A stretch of 53,184 nt of DNA from Clostridia bacterium (GCA_017466625.1 JAFTTT010000002.1:1-53184), one strand, 5' to 3'; positions 26,879 through 35,916 are shown, counted from the stretch's first letter. Program-made: numbers and translations. The notes: a model not told the origin generated them from the sequence alone.

Positions 26879-27589
26879 TTAATTGATTTTTAGTGGTATA
26901 AAAGAGAGATAATCCGATGAAACTATATTCATCTCTATTCCCTCGTAGTCGAACGACCTCGGAACATCGTACGAATTATGAAGATGTCCGTAGTAGCATC
27001 TCTTGATTCCGTAAGATCTCATAAGCTCGATCAGATCGTGGCTGACGAAATCCTTACATACGGGCGGAAAATGGAAAAATGCGACCTTTTCGTATTTTCC
27101 GTCGGGGTCGAGTGCGGCCGCCGCCTTGAAGGACAGCTCGGCACGAATGACCTCGCGCTTTGAAAGCTTTTCAAAATCGGTTCCGTCGGGTGCGCTTTTC
27201 GGGTCGTAGAACCAACCGCGCGAGCCGCAGACGATCACGTTTTCAACAAGATGCGCGTTGTTGTGAAGAAGCGAGATGTTCTCTATTCCCTCTCGGGCAA
27301 AGAACTCGTTCAGCTTCTTTTCCGACTGCCACCAGAGGTCGTGATTTCCCTTTCCGATTATCTTTTTACCGTTAAGAGAGGAGATAAGCTTAAGATCGGG
27401 CCCGGCTTCTTCAAGATTCAGCCCCCAGGAAATATCGCCCGGAATGACCACGGTATCCTCTTCACCGACGACCGCGTTCCAGCCGTTTATTATCTTCGCC
27501 GTATAATCGCGCCAACGGTTTCCGAAAACGTCCATCGGCTTCGGCACGGCTTCCGACAGATGCGTGTCGGCAATAACGTAAAGAGCCAA
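26879..27589 (-). CDS. metallophosphoesterase family protein
   Basis: 236 aa; blocks IADTHL, PGDISW, GNHDLWW. Confidence 0.8.
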   Translation of the reverse strand: MALYVIADTHLSEAVPKPMDVFGNRWRDYTAKIINGWNAVVGEEDTVVIPGDISWGLNLEEAGPDLKLISSLNGKKIIGKGNHDLWWQSEKKLNEFFAREGIENISLLHNNAHLVENVIVCGSRGWFYDPKSAPDGTDFEKLSKREVIRAELSFKAAAALDPDGKYEKVAFFHFPPVCKDFVSHDLIELMRSYGIKRCYYGHLHNSYDVPRSFDYEGIEMNIVSSDYLSFIPLKIN

Positions 27590-27671
27590 ATTCTCCTCCT
27601 TTCTCGGTATATTTCAGCCGAAAATTACGAATACTTACAGTGGATACTTCCACAAAGAAAGGAACTAAAAA

Positions 27672-27884
27672 ATGGGAATTTTTGATATGCACGGTGATGC
27701 CCGCGAAGGCAAGGGCAAGAATCAGCACCACATCAAGGGCGTAGTATGCGACGTCCGCAACTGCGCTTACCACGACGGAGACAATTACTGCACGGCAAAT
27801 AAGATCGCCGTCGGTCCGTCCTTTGCGACCTCCTGCACCGACACCGTTTGTGCAACCTTCAAGCAGAAAAATCAGAATCTCTAA
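27672..27884 (+). CDS. DUF1540 domain small Cys-rich protein
   Basis: 70 aa; block VVCDVRNCAYHDGDNYCTANKIAVG...CTDTVCATF. Confidence 0.7.
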   Translation: MGIFDMHGDAREGKGKNQHHIKGVVCDVRNCAYHDGDNYCTANKIAVGPSFATSCTDTVCATFKQKNQNL

Positions 27885-27887
27885 AAA

Positions 27888-29378
27888 TCAGAATTTATTA
27901 AATTCAAGTGCCGAAAGTGGCATATCCTCCGCTTTGATCGCGTTATTCGGGTCAAAGCGGACTTTTCTGTTTGCGATACCAAATAGGGGCTTGGGTATTG
28001 AGACGCCGGTCTTCTTTTCAAGAAGCTCCATTGCGTCAAGCTCGTTTTCGGGAACCTCGCCCGTCAGTGCCTTAAGAACGGCAGGCGAGAATTTATACGG
28101 CGACGCGGTCGACGCGCAAACGAGCTTTCTGCCGCTATTATCGTCGGCAATAAACTTCTCGGCGCAATAAAGGCCTACCGCGGTATGAGTATCGCAAAGA
28201 TAGTTATAGTCTTCATAAATGTGCTTGATCTCGCAGGCGGTCTGTTCTTCATCGCAGGATAGACCAGTAAATTCAGAGCCGATCTTCGCCTTTGCCTCGT
28301 CGGTTACGGTATAGCTTCCCTTTTCCTTAAGCTCGTTCATAAGCGTCTCGGTCTCACTTTGACCGCAGGTGAGGAAAAGAAGTCGCTCAAGGTTGCTCGA
28401 AATGAGAATATCCATCGAGGGCGAGGTCGTCGCGTAGAAGGGACGGTTTCTGTTATAATTTCCGCTTACGAAGAAGTCGGTGAGCACGTTGTTCTTATTC
28501 GACGCGCAAGTGAAGCTGTGAACGGGAAGTCCCATAAGCTTCGCAATATAAGCTGCGAGAATGTTACCGAAGTTACCCGTCGGAACGCAGATATCGATCT
28601 CCTCGCCGAGCGCAATGTCGCCGTCCTTTAGCAGATCGCAGTAAGCAGAAATGTAGTAAACGACCTGCGGTACAAGTCGTCCCCAGTTGATCGAGTTTGC
28701 AGACGAAAGGAAAACTCCCTTTTCGTTCAGCTTTGCGTTTATTTCGGAGTCGGAGAATATCTTTTTAACGCCGTTCTGCGCGTCGTCAAAGTTACCGATA
28801 ACCGAACTTACTTCGACGTTCTTTCCCTCCTGCGTTGCCATCTGAAGCTTCTGCACGCGGCTTACGCCGTCAACGGGATAGAATACCGAGATGCCGACGC
28901 CGTCTACGTCCTTGTAGCCCTCAAGCGCCGCCTTTCCGGTGTCACCCGAGGTAGCAACGAGAATGAGCGCCTTACGCGTATCTCCCGTCTTTTTTACGGC
29001 TCTGACAAAAAGACGCGGCATTATCTGAAGCGCCATATCCTTGAACGCCGCCGTCGGACCGTGCCAAAGCTCAAGGACTCTTATCCTGTCTCCAAGCTTC
29101 GATATAGGCGCAGGACCGCCGGGAAAGCTGTTTTCACAGTACGCACCCTCGCATTCGCTCAGAAGCTCCTCGTAGGTATATTCGTCGAAGAGAAACTTAT
29201 ACATTACCTTCGCCGCGCGGGCAGAATAATTATCGTCGCAAAGCTGCTTTATTTCGTCAAGGGTAAGTGACGGCATTTCGTCGGGGAAATAAAGTCCTCC
29301 GTCCTCACAAAGACCCTTCTTTATCGCCATAGCCGAAGAAACGGCCTGACTTTTTCCTCTCGTGCTTATGTACTTCAT
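27888..29378 (-). CDS. thrC: threonine synthase
   Basis: start ATG 29378 after GGAAGGA (MKYISTRG); PLP lysine context FKDMALQ. Confidence 0.9.
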   Translation of the reverse strand: MKYISTRGKSQAVSSAMAIKKGLCEDGGLYFPDEMPSLTLDEIKQLCDDNYSARAAKVMYKFLFDEYTYEELLSECEGAYCENSFPGGPAPISKLGDRIRVLELWHGPTAAFKDMALQIMPRLFVRAVKKTGDTRKALILVATSGDTGKAALEGYKDVDGVGISVFYPVDGVSRVQKLQMATQEGKNVEVSSVIGNFDDAQNGVKKIFSDSEINAKLNEKGVFLSSANSINWGRLVPQVVYYISAYCDLLKDGDIALGEEIDICVPTGNFGNILAAYIAKLMGLPVHSFTCASNKNNVLTDFFVSGNYNRNRPFYATTSPSMDILISSNLERLLFLTCGQSETETLMNELKEKGSYTVTDEAKAKIGSEFTGLSCDEEQTACEIKHIYEDYNYLCDTHTAVGLYCAEKFIADDNSGRKLVCASTASPYKFSPAVLKALTGEVPENELDAMELLEKKTGVSIPKPLFGIANRKVRFDPNNAIKAEDMPLSALEFNKF

Positions 29379-29405
29379 ATCTTTTTTCCTTCCCAATAGG
29401 ATTTA

Positions 29406-30284
29406 TTAAAAATTGCTTTCAGCAAATCTTTCTGCATTTTTATAGAACACCGCGTCGGCAATGTCCTCGGAGTGATATTTCTTAACCAAAGCGTCGTACA
29501 AAACGCCGACCTTCCCGACGTTTTCGATGCCGTAAGGAAGCGTATCGTCCGACGTTCCGTCAAAATCGGTGCCGAGACAAACGCTTTTGCTTCCGCAAGT
29601 GTTGCGCAGATGATCTATATGCTCAAGCAGGAGCTCGACGCTTCTGCCTCCGAGATGATCGGAAACGAAATTAACTCCGATAATACCGCCGTTAGAAGCG
29701 ACCTCTTTCGCGACATCGTCCGATATGTTTCTCGGATGGTCATAAACGCTACGCGAGCAACTGTGACTCGCGATCAGCGGCTTTTTCGCTTCCTTTGCAA
29801 GCTCTATCGCCCGGTAGCATATCTCGTCGTTCGAGTGTGACAGATCGGGCGTTATTCCAAGCTCAAAGCAGCGATAAACGACCTCTTTTCCGAAATCGGT
29901 CAGCCCCTCGGAATTGTTATACGCACCGCCGATATGACAGCTATCACGCCAAACGAGAGTAAATATCTTAACTCCGCGCCGAGCCAAGGTATCAAGACGG
30001 CTGATGTCTCCGTTAAGAAGCTTTCCGCCCTCAACTGCAAGTATCGGAGTAAAATTCTCAATACCGAAAATTTGCTCCTCGGCGTAGTCGAGATTACTTA
30101 AACAACGGGCATAATTCTCGTCGTTGTCTAAATCATGCTCGCTCCATATTGCCATCACCTGGGTATAACTGTCAAGGACGCTGAACGCCTTATTCAACTC
30201 AATATGGCAGGTGTTATCAAGCATGCCCTCTTTTCGGCGGAATATCTCGCCGAGAGTATCGCAGTGCAGATCAAATAATTTCAT
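29406..30284 (-). CDS. M19 family (membrane) dipeptidase
   Basis: 292 aa; N-terminus LFDLHCDTL, plus DLSHSN and other metal-ligand blocks. Confidence 0.75.
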   Translation of the reverse strand: MKLFDLHCDTLGEIFRRKEGMLDNTCHIELNKAFSVLDSYTQVMAIWSEHDLDNDENYARCLSNLDYAEEQIFGIENFTPILAVEGGKLLNGDISRLDTLARRGVKIFTLVWRDSCHIGGAYNNSEGLTDFGKEVVYRCFELGITPDLSHSNDEICYRAIELAKEAKKPLIASHSCSRSVYDHPRNISDDVAKEVASNGGIIGVNFVSDHLGGRSVELLLEHIDHLRNTCGSKSVCLGTDFDGTSDDTLPYGIENVGKVGVLYDALVKKYHSEDIADAVFYKNAERFAESNF

Positions 30285-30291
30285 AATAACC

Positions 30292-30720
30292 TCAGATCCA
30301 GATCCTGCCCTTTGCTCCGAATACGCCCTTCATGTGATTTATCTTATAGCTTCCCTCTCCCGTGTTCTTATCGGAGCAGACGAACACCTCGATGACGTCA
30401 AAGCGGTAAAATTTATCGCTCGGGAAGTTCTTTATAAAGCAGGACGCGGCGCGGGCAAGATTCGCGCGTTTTTTCGCGGTAACGGCGGAAGCGGGTCTGC
30501 CGTACGGGCCCTTGACCTCGCGTCTCGTCTTTACCTCGACAAATACAATATACTGATCCTTTTGCGCGATTATGTCGATCTCTTCATTATACGGCTTGTA
30601 GTTACGGCAAATGACCGTATATCCGTTGGTTTTAAGATAATCCTCGGCGACTCTTTCACCCGCAACACCCGTAATTATATGCGCAGGGGCAAGAGAGCCG
30701 TCCTTTTTCCTTATTTCCAT
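30292..30720 (-). CDS. YraN family (UPF0102) endonuclease-like protein
   Basis: GERVAEDYLKTNGYTVICRNYK...EIDIIA...VFVEVKTR; ATG 30720 shares one base with the pyk TGA stop codon (TGATG). Confidence 0.75.
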   Translation of the reverse strand: MEIRKKDGSLAPAHIITGVAGERVAEDYLKTNGYTVICRNYKPYNEEIDIIAQKDQYIVFVEVKTRREVKGPYGRPASAVTAKKRANLARAASCFIKNFPSDKFYRFDVIEVFVCSDKNTGEGSYKINHMKGVFGAKGRIWI

Positions 30721-32480
30721 CAGGAAAGCACGCACTTCTCGTTGCAGTAGACCATTCCGAGCTTACCGTCAACGGTTACCGTAGTACCAGTTTTAAGTAT
30801 CTTCGTCGCGTTTTCTGCGCCGACGATAACGGGAATATTCAGAGTCTTACCAACGATAGCGGCGTAGGAATCGTCGCCGCCGCGTTCGCATATTATCGCG
30901 CTCGCGTGACGGAGAATACCGATTATCCTGTCTGACGCCGACGGGATAACGATAATGTCGCCGTTTTCAAACTTCGTCAGCGCCTCAGCGTCAGTTCCGC
31001 AAACGCAAAGCTTGCCGCAAACGGACTTATCAACGATGCCGTTACCCGCAAGGAGAACGTCGCCGACCATCTGAACCTTAAGCATATTTGTCGTACCCGA
31101 AACGCCGAGCGGAAGTCCCGCAGTTATAACTACGAGGTCGCCGTACTCAACGTGACCGTTTTTGTACGCCTCGTCAACCGCCATTTCAAGAAGCTCCTCC
31201 GAGCTTTCCGCGACCTTGTCGACAAGAAGCGGAATTACGCCCCACGACATATTCATGTGTCTGCAAGCTCTTTCGGACGGCGAGCAAGCGATAATATCGG
31301 TCTGCGGACGGAAGCGCGAAAGCAGACGCGCAGTATAGCCAGACGTCGTAACGGTGATTATCGTTTTTGCGCCGAGGTCGTGCGCGGTCGTACAGGTCGC
31401 GTGTGAAATTGCGTCAGTCACGTTCGTAAATCCGCCGAAGCGGTTATCAAAGAATCTCTTTTTATAGTCAATATCGCTCTCGGTACGCATTGCGATCTTC
31501 GCCATACGCTTGACCGACTCAACGGGATATTTACCCATCGCAGTCTCACCCGAAAGCATTGTCGCCGATGTGCCGTCGTAAATTGCGTTAGCAACGTCGG
31601 TTATCTCGGCACGGGTCGGACGGGGATTATGCGTCATGCTTTCAAGCATCTGCGTCGCGGTGATGACCTGCTTACCTGCATTGTAGCACTTCGATATAAG
31701 CTGCTTCTGGAGGATCGGAATATTCTCCATCGGCACTTCTGCACCGAGGTCGCCTCTTGCGACCATGATACCGTCCGCCTCGTTGAGTATCTCGTCGACG
31801 TTTTCAACGCCGGCGGTATTTTCTATCTTCGCAATAATTCTGATGTCGCTGCAGCCGTGCTTTTCAAGCTCCTCTCGCATCATTCTGATGTCCTCCGCGC
31901 TCTGCGTAAAGGACGCGGCGATGAAGTCAAAGCCCTCGCGGGCGCCGAAAGCAAGGTCGTCCTTGTCCTTTTCGGAAAGGAATGGCATCGAAAGCTTGAC
32001 TCCGGGAACGTTTATTCCCTTTTTGTCGGAAAGCTTGCCGCCGTTGAGAACGGTTGTCTTTATCTCGGTCTCCTTCACGTTATCGACGCGAAGCTCGATA
32101 AGTCCGTCGTCAACGAGAATTCGGCTTCCAACGGTAACGTCACGCCAAAGACCCGTATAGGTTATGCTGACGCCCTTTTCGTCGCCCTCGCGGTCGTTTA
32201 GGTAAAGGTAGAAGCTGTCGCCCGTCTTGAGCGTTGCGCTTCCGTCTCTGAACTTCTTAAGACGCACCTCGGGTCCCTTCGTGTCAAGCAGAAGCGCCGT
32301 ATGCGTTCCAAGCTCCTTGCGGAGCTTCTTTATGATCTCAACCTTTTTCTTGTGCTCGGAATGCTCGCCGTGCGAGAAGTTTATTCTCGCGACATCCATT
32401 CCGGATAGTATCAGCTCTCTTATTACTTCCTCGGTCTCGGACGCAGGTCCGAGAGTGCAGATTATTTTTGTCTTTCTCAT
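30720..32480 (-). CDS. pyk: pyruvate kinase with a C-terminal PEP-utilizer mobile domain
   Basis: start ATG 32480 (MRKTKIICTLGP); conserved MVARGDLG; C-terminal about 100 aa resembles a PEP-utilizer swivel domain. Confidence 0.9.
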   Translation of the reverse strand: MRKTKIICTLGPASETEEVIRELILSGMDVARINFSHGEHSEHKKKVEIIKKLRKELGTHTALLLDTKGPEVRLKKFRDGSATLKTGDSFYLYLNDREGDEKGVSITYTGLWRDVTVGSRILVDDGLIELRVDNVKETEIKTTVLNGGKLSDKKGINVPGVKLSMPFLSEKDKDDLAFGAREGFDFIAASFTQSAEDIRMMREELEKHGCSDIRIIAKIENTAGVENVDEILNEADGIMVARGDLGAEVPMENIPILQKQLISKCYNAGKQVITATQMLESMTHNPRPTRAEITDVANAIYDGTSATMLSGETAMGKYPVESVKRMAKIAMRTESDIDYKKRFFDNRFGGFTNVTDAISHATCTTAHDLGAKTIITVTTSGYTARLLSRFRPQTDIIACSPSERACRHMNMSWGVIPLLVDKVAESSEELLEMAVDEAYKNGHVEYGDLVVITAGLPLGVSGTTNMLKVQMVGDVLLAGNGIVDKSVCGKLCVCGTDAEALTKFENGDIIVIPSASDRIIGILRHASAIICERGGDDSYAAIVGKTLNIPVIVGAENATKILKTGTTVTVDGKLGMVYCNEKCVLS

Positions 32481-32487
32481 ATTTGCC

Positions 32488-33231
32488 TCACAGGGTATCA
32501 ATTACGTTGCAGTTAAATATTTCGGTCTCGATCGCAGGATCGATATCCTTTATCATCTTTTCAAGCTTGTCAAGCACGGGATTCTCGGTATAGAAATGTC
32601 CGAGCGCTGCCATGCTCATTCCGCCGAACGAAGCGTCTGTCATGTCGTTGTAGCTCAGCCGTCCGCTTATGTAAAGATCGGCTCCCGCTTCGCGCGCCGC
32701 GGAAATATAGTGCTCACCGTCACCGCCGACAACTGCAACGCGCTTCACAAATACGCCCGTAGCAACCGCCTCTGCCTTCGGAGAACCGAGCTTTTCCTTT
32801 GCCATCTTAATAAACTCACGGTCGGTCGTCGGAGCAATGCTTCCGATAACGCCGAGCCCGTCATCGCCGAATCGCTCGGTATCCTTAAGTCCGAGAATTT
32901 CGGCAAGCGCGGTATTCACGCCGCCTTCAACAGCGTCAAGACGCGTATGGAAGGAAAAAACGGCAACGTCGTTCTTAATAAGGTCGACAAACCGACGGTC
33001 CGAAACCGTCTTTATCGGACGGAAAATAAGCGGATGATGTGTAACGATAACGTCAAAGCCGTTATACGCGGCGTAATCAACCGCATCGTAGGTCGCATCA
33101 AGCGTCAAAAGCACCTTTTTCGCGTCCTTGCTTCCGTTCGGAAGACACATAACTCCATCGTTATCCCAGTCGCAGGAAAGCTCGCGCGGTATTAAATTTT
33201 CGAGAGCGCAGTAAAGATTCCAAACAGTCAT
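32488..33231 (-). CDS. Nif3-like dinuclear metal center protein
   Basis: 247 aa; VTHHPLIF and the HFYTE C-terminal metal-ligand block; sits in the classic trmK-nif3 pairing. Confidence 0.8.
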   Translation of the reverse strand: MTVWNLYCALENLIPRELSCDWDNDGVMCLPNGSKDAKKVLLTLDATYDAVDYAAYNGFDVIVTHHPLIFRPIKTVSDRRFVDLIKNDVAVFSFHTRLDAVEGGVNTALAEILGLKDTERFGDDGLGVIGSIAPTTDREFIKMAKEKLGSPKAEAVATGVFVKRVAVVGGDGEHYISAAREAGADLYISGRLSYNDMTDASFGGMSMAALGHFYTENPVLDKLEKMIKDIDPAIETEIFNCNVIDTL

Positions 33232-33920
33232 CGTTTTTCTCCGTTTTCAAGAATTTCATTTATCTCGTATATAAGTTTTTCCTCATTCGAGCAGTCGGCG
33301 CCGCCGCGCTTCTTACCGTCGTAAATGGCGGCCAGAACGTCAAGCTTGTTCTTTGCCATTGCGTAAAAGCATTCGTTTTCGGTTCGCACGTCCATCCTTC
33401 CGAGAAGAAGCTCGGAGAGCGAAAGCTTATATTTTTCGCCGGTATATCGGCAGGAAATCACAGTGTAATATTTACCCTCAAAAACGGTGTTCTCGTGTAG
33501 GATTTCAAAGCCGTTTTCACATAAATATCCGCGAAGCTCCTCGCCGCGTGTCATCGGCTGAAGAACGAGATGAACGTCGGGATCTCTTACGCCGGGGCAG
33601 GCGTCGATTATCGACGCGATAAGCTCACCGCCCATTCCCGCGATGCTGATATCGCAGGGCGGAATAACGTCAACGCACTTCATCCCGTCGGATAAGCACA
33701 GACGGCACTTGCCGCCGACGCCGAAAGCTTTAACAGTCTCCTCCGCCTTCGAAAGCGGACCGCGTGCAACGTCGCAAATATATGCAAAGGGTATCTTGCC
33801 GTCAAGAAGAAGCGACACAGGGAGATACGCGTGGTCACTTCCAATATCGTAAAGCGTCACGCCGTCGCGAATCATAGAAGCAACGGCAGATAAACGCATA
33901 TCAAGCTTTATACTCGTCAT
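33228..33920 (-). CDS. trmK: tRNA (adenine(22)-N(1))-methyltransferase
   Basis: 230 aa; DIGSDHAYLP and IAGMGG blocks; overlaps the nif3 start. Confidence 0.8.
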   Translation of the reverse strand: MTSIKLDMRLSAVASMIRDGVTLYDIGSDHAYLPVSLLLDGKIPFAYICDVARGPLSKAEETVKAFGVGGKCRLCLSDGMKCVDVIPPCDISIAGMGGELIASIIDACPGVRDPDVHLVLQPMTRGEELRGYLCENGFEILHENTVFEGKYYTVISCRYTGEKYKLSLSELLLGRMDVRTENECFYAMAKNKLDVLAAIYDGKKRGGADCSNEEKLIYEINEILENGEKR

Positions 33921-33923
33921 ATC

Positions 33924-33960
33924 AAAAATTAATGGCTGTAACCCATAAGGTCACAGCCAT
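33924..33960 (-). terminator. terminator-like hairpin after the DUF1858 gene
   Basis: ATGGCTGT...ACAGCCAT 8-bp stem followed by TAATTTTT on the minus strand. Confidence 0.55.
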
Positions 33961-33963
33961 CGC

Positions 33964-34164
33964 TCACTTTGTGCTCAAATAATCGTTGATCTTGGTGATG
34001 AGCGCATCAGCATCGGTGCCGTGTACCATGCAGGCAGCTTCTATGCTTTCGCCTCTCGATGCGGGGCAGCCGAGACAGTGCATACCGATCTCGAAGAAGA
34101 ACTGTGCAGTTCCGGCATCAAAGTCAAGAACGTCGCCGATGATCGAATCTTTTGTTACTACCAT
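33964..34164 (-). CDS. DUF1858 domain protein (hybrid-cluster-associated redox disulfide type)
   Basis: 66 aa; block GMHCLGCPASRGESIEAACMVHG. Confidence 0.7.
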   Translation of the reverse strand: MVVTKDSIIGDVLDFDAGTAQFFFEIGMHCLGCPASRGESIEAACMVHGTDADALITKINDYLSTK

Positions 34165-34192
34165 TGACAGAAATCCTCCGTTTTGTTATAAT
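34164..34192 (+). promoter_or_regulatory. perfect-consensus sigma-A promoter facing the HIT gene
   Basis: TTGACA (34164-34169), counted 17-nt spacer, TATAAT (34187-34192). Confidence 0.65.
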
Positions 34193-34210
34193 ACTAATAA
34201 AATCATATCC

Positions 34211-34239
34211 ATTATAGCAAAGTATCATACGTTTGTCAA
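34211..34239 (-). promoter_or_regulatory. perfect-consensus sigma-A promoter facing the DUF1858 gene
   Basis: minus strand TTGACA (34239-34234), counted 17-nt spacer, TATAAT (34216-34211), TGn extension. Confidence 0.65.
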
Positions 34240-34279
34240 TGATTTTAAGCTATAAAAATGCAGAAAGAAGGAAAATAAA

Positions 34280-34615
34280 ATGTGTCTTTTTTGTAAGATA
34301 GTAGCGGGCGAGATCCCGTCGAATAAGGTTTATGAGGACGATAAGATCCTCGCGTTCCGCGATATAGCTCCGCAGGCGCCGACGCATATCCTCGTCATCC
34401 CGAAAACGCATATTCCCTCACTCGACGGAGTGAACGAGGAAAACGCAGAGATCGTGGCGCATATCTTCAAAACGATACCTAAAATAGCGGCAGAAGAGGG
34501 CTTAACGAACGGCTACCGCCTCGTATCAAACTGCGGCCCCGATGCCTGCCAGACAGTCCCCCACCTTCATTTCCATATCCTCGGCGGAGCGAAGCTCGCA
34601 GGCGAAATGGCGTAA
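34280..34615 (+). CDS. histidine triad (HIT) family nucleotide hydrolase
   Basis: 111 aa; N-terminus CLFCKIVAGEIP; HxHxHxx motif HLHFHILGG. Confidence 0.9.
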   Translation: MCLFCKIVAGEIPSNKVYEDDKILAFRDIAPQAPTHILVIPKTHIPSLDGVNEENAEIVAHIFKTIPKIAAEEGLTNGYRLVSNCGPDACQTVPHLHFHILGGAKLAGEMA

Positions 34616-34656
34616 AAAACATAACGGACGAAGTGAAACCGCTTCGTCCGTTTTTG
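34614..34656. terminator. bidirectional intrinsic terminator between the HIT and lipoprotein genes
   Basis: ACGGACGAAG-TGAAACCG-CTTCGTCCGT hairpin with an upstream A run and a downstream T run. Confidence 0.8.
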
Positions 34657-34672
34657 TTGGCAGATTTACTTA

Positions 34673-35644
34673 TTAACCGTAAACAGCTTCCATAGCTCGT
34701 TCGGCTTCCGTTTCCGAATAACCTTCTCCGATAAGCTCGTAACATAAATCATTATAATACCACTCGACTACTTCTTCTTTGGTATAGTCGCTATATTCTT
34801 TTTTAAGATATTCCTCGGCTTCTTTTACCCAATCAACATTACATTTCGAAATGCCATACTCGTACTCTTCTTCGCTAAACTCCTCGTATATAAGCTGCTC
34901 GTACATTACGTTTTTGGTTACTCCGTCATTATATTCTGCTAATCCTTCGATTCTGCGGCGAGCTTCTATTTTCCAATCCACCCCACAATAATCTATTATG
35001 TAGTTTATTTCGACGCTACTGTACTGCTTTTCCTCATAATATTCTCTAACCGCCCTCGGCGTTATTACCCCATGCGATGAAGACGCCATAACGAAGTTAA
35101 ATTCATCCTCATACGGATTCGTCTTATTTATCTTATCATCTTCACCCTTAAGAGCCGCAATTATATCGTATTCGAGCGATCTTTGCTGTGATGCAGTAAG
35201 TTTGCATGACGTGCGGACGATAACCGTTCCAACGACGGTGTGTGAACCGGATGCAACGGGACCGCCATCAAATGTCGAAAGATACTTGTCACGTTTTTTT
35301 GCGTCTTTTTCCGTTCGATAAACCTCAACGCTTCCGCCGCAATCAGTTCCTTTGTCGACAACTGTTTCTTCGTCAAATTCGCTCTGATCTACAAGAGCAT
35401 AGGAAAAGAACACCTGTGCAGTATATCCGCCCTGCTTGTTGAGATTTCCGTTCGGATCGTTCCGTTCCGTTACCGCTTCAATTTTGGTAATCAGCGGAAT
35501 CTTTTTCAAGCACTCGATCACGTATTCGCTTGACGGGTTGTCAATTTCCTTTGGAAGTTTATCAATTTTATTTTTCTCCCCACAGGACACCAATACGCCA
35601 ACTAACATAGATAGACACAACAAGACTAAAATTACTTTTCTCAT
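34673..35644 (-). CDS. lipoprotein with three C-terminal Ltp-type (host cell surface-exposed lipoprotein) repeats
   Basis: ATG 35644 after GGAGGG; lipobox LVSC; C-terminal repeats contain GVDWKIEARRRIEGL, NVDWVKEAEEYLKK and GYSETEAERAMEAV. Confidence 0.6.
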   Translation of the reverse strand: MRKVILVLLCLSMLVGVLVSCGEKNKIDKLPKEIDNPSSEYVIECLKKIPLITKIEAVTERNDPNGNLNKQGGYTAQVFFSYALVDQSEFDEETVVDKGTDCGGSVEVYRTEKDAKKRDKYLSTFDGGPVASGSHTVVGTVIVRTSCKLTASQQRSLEYDIIAALKGEDDKINKTNPYEDEFNFVMASSSHGVITPRAVREYYEEKQYSSVEINYIIDYCGVDWKIEARRRIEGLAEYNDGVTKNVMYEQLIYEEFSEEEYEYGISKCNVDWVKEAEEYLKKEYSDYTKEEVVEWYYNDLCYELIGEGYSETEAERAMEAVYG

Positions 35645-35817
35645 AATACCCTCCAAAATTAAAAAAGTGTGTCCCAATGAGGGACACACCGAAAAAGCGT
35701 TTCCTCATTGTTGTCACACAATTTCACAACTCCATCAGGGGATGAGAAAAAAGAGAGAAACACCTTTTGCCCAGGTATTTTTCGCGATAAAGTTGCAAAT
35801 ATGAAATTGTGTGACAA
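35645..35817 (-). promoter_or_regulatory. structured 5' leader with an RBS-proximal terminator hairpin (candidate attenuator or riboswitch)
   Basis: 16-bp perfect inverted repeat (35711-35726 and 35802-35817) closes a roughly 75-nt insert. Terminator GTGTGTCCC-TCATT-GGGACACAC plus T6 lies at 35661-35689. The 8-nt alternative pairing is 35703-35710 with 35675-35682. Confidence 0.5.
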
Positions 35818-35821
35818 GTTG

Positions 35822-35850
35822 ATTATATCACACACTGTCGAAAAAGTAAA
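35822..35850 (-). promoter_or_regulatory. candidate promoter of the Ltp-lipoprotein gene
   Basis: minus strand TTTACT-17 nt-TATAAT with TGn extension. Confidence 0.5.
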
Positions 35851-35859
35851 GAGAAAATT

Positions 35860-35887
35860 AAAAAGCACCGCAAATGCGGTGCTTTTT
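35860..35887 (-). terminator. intrinsic terminator of the pseudouridine synthase gene
   Basis: GCACCGCAAATGCGGTGC hairpin flanked by A5 and T5. Confidence 0.8.
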
Positions 35888-35916
35888 CTATCCCTATTTC
35901 AAAAGTTTTTGAGGTC

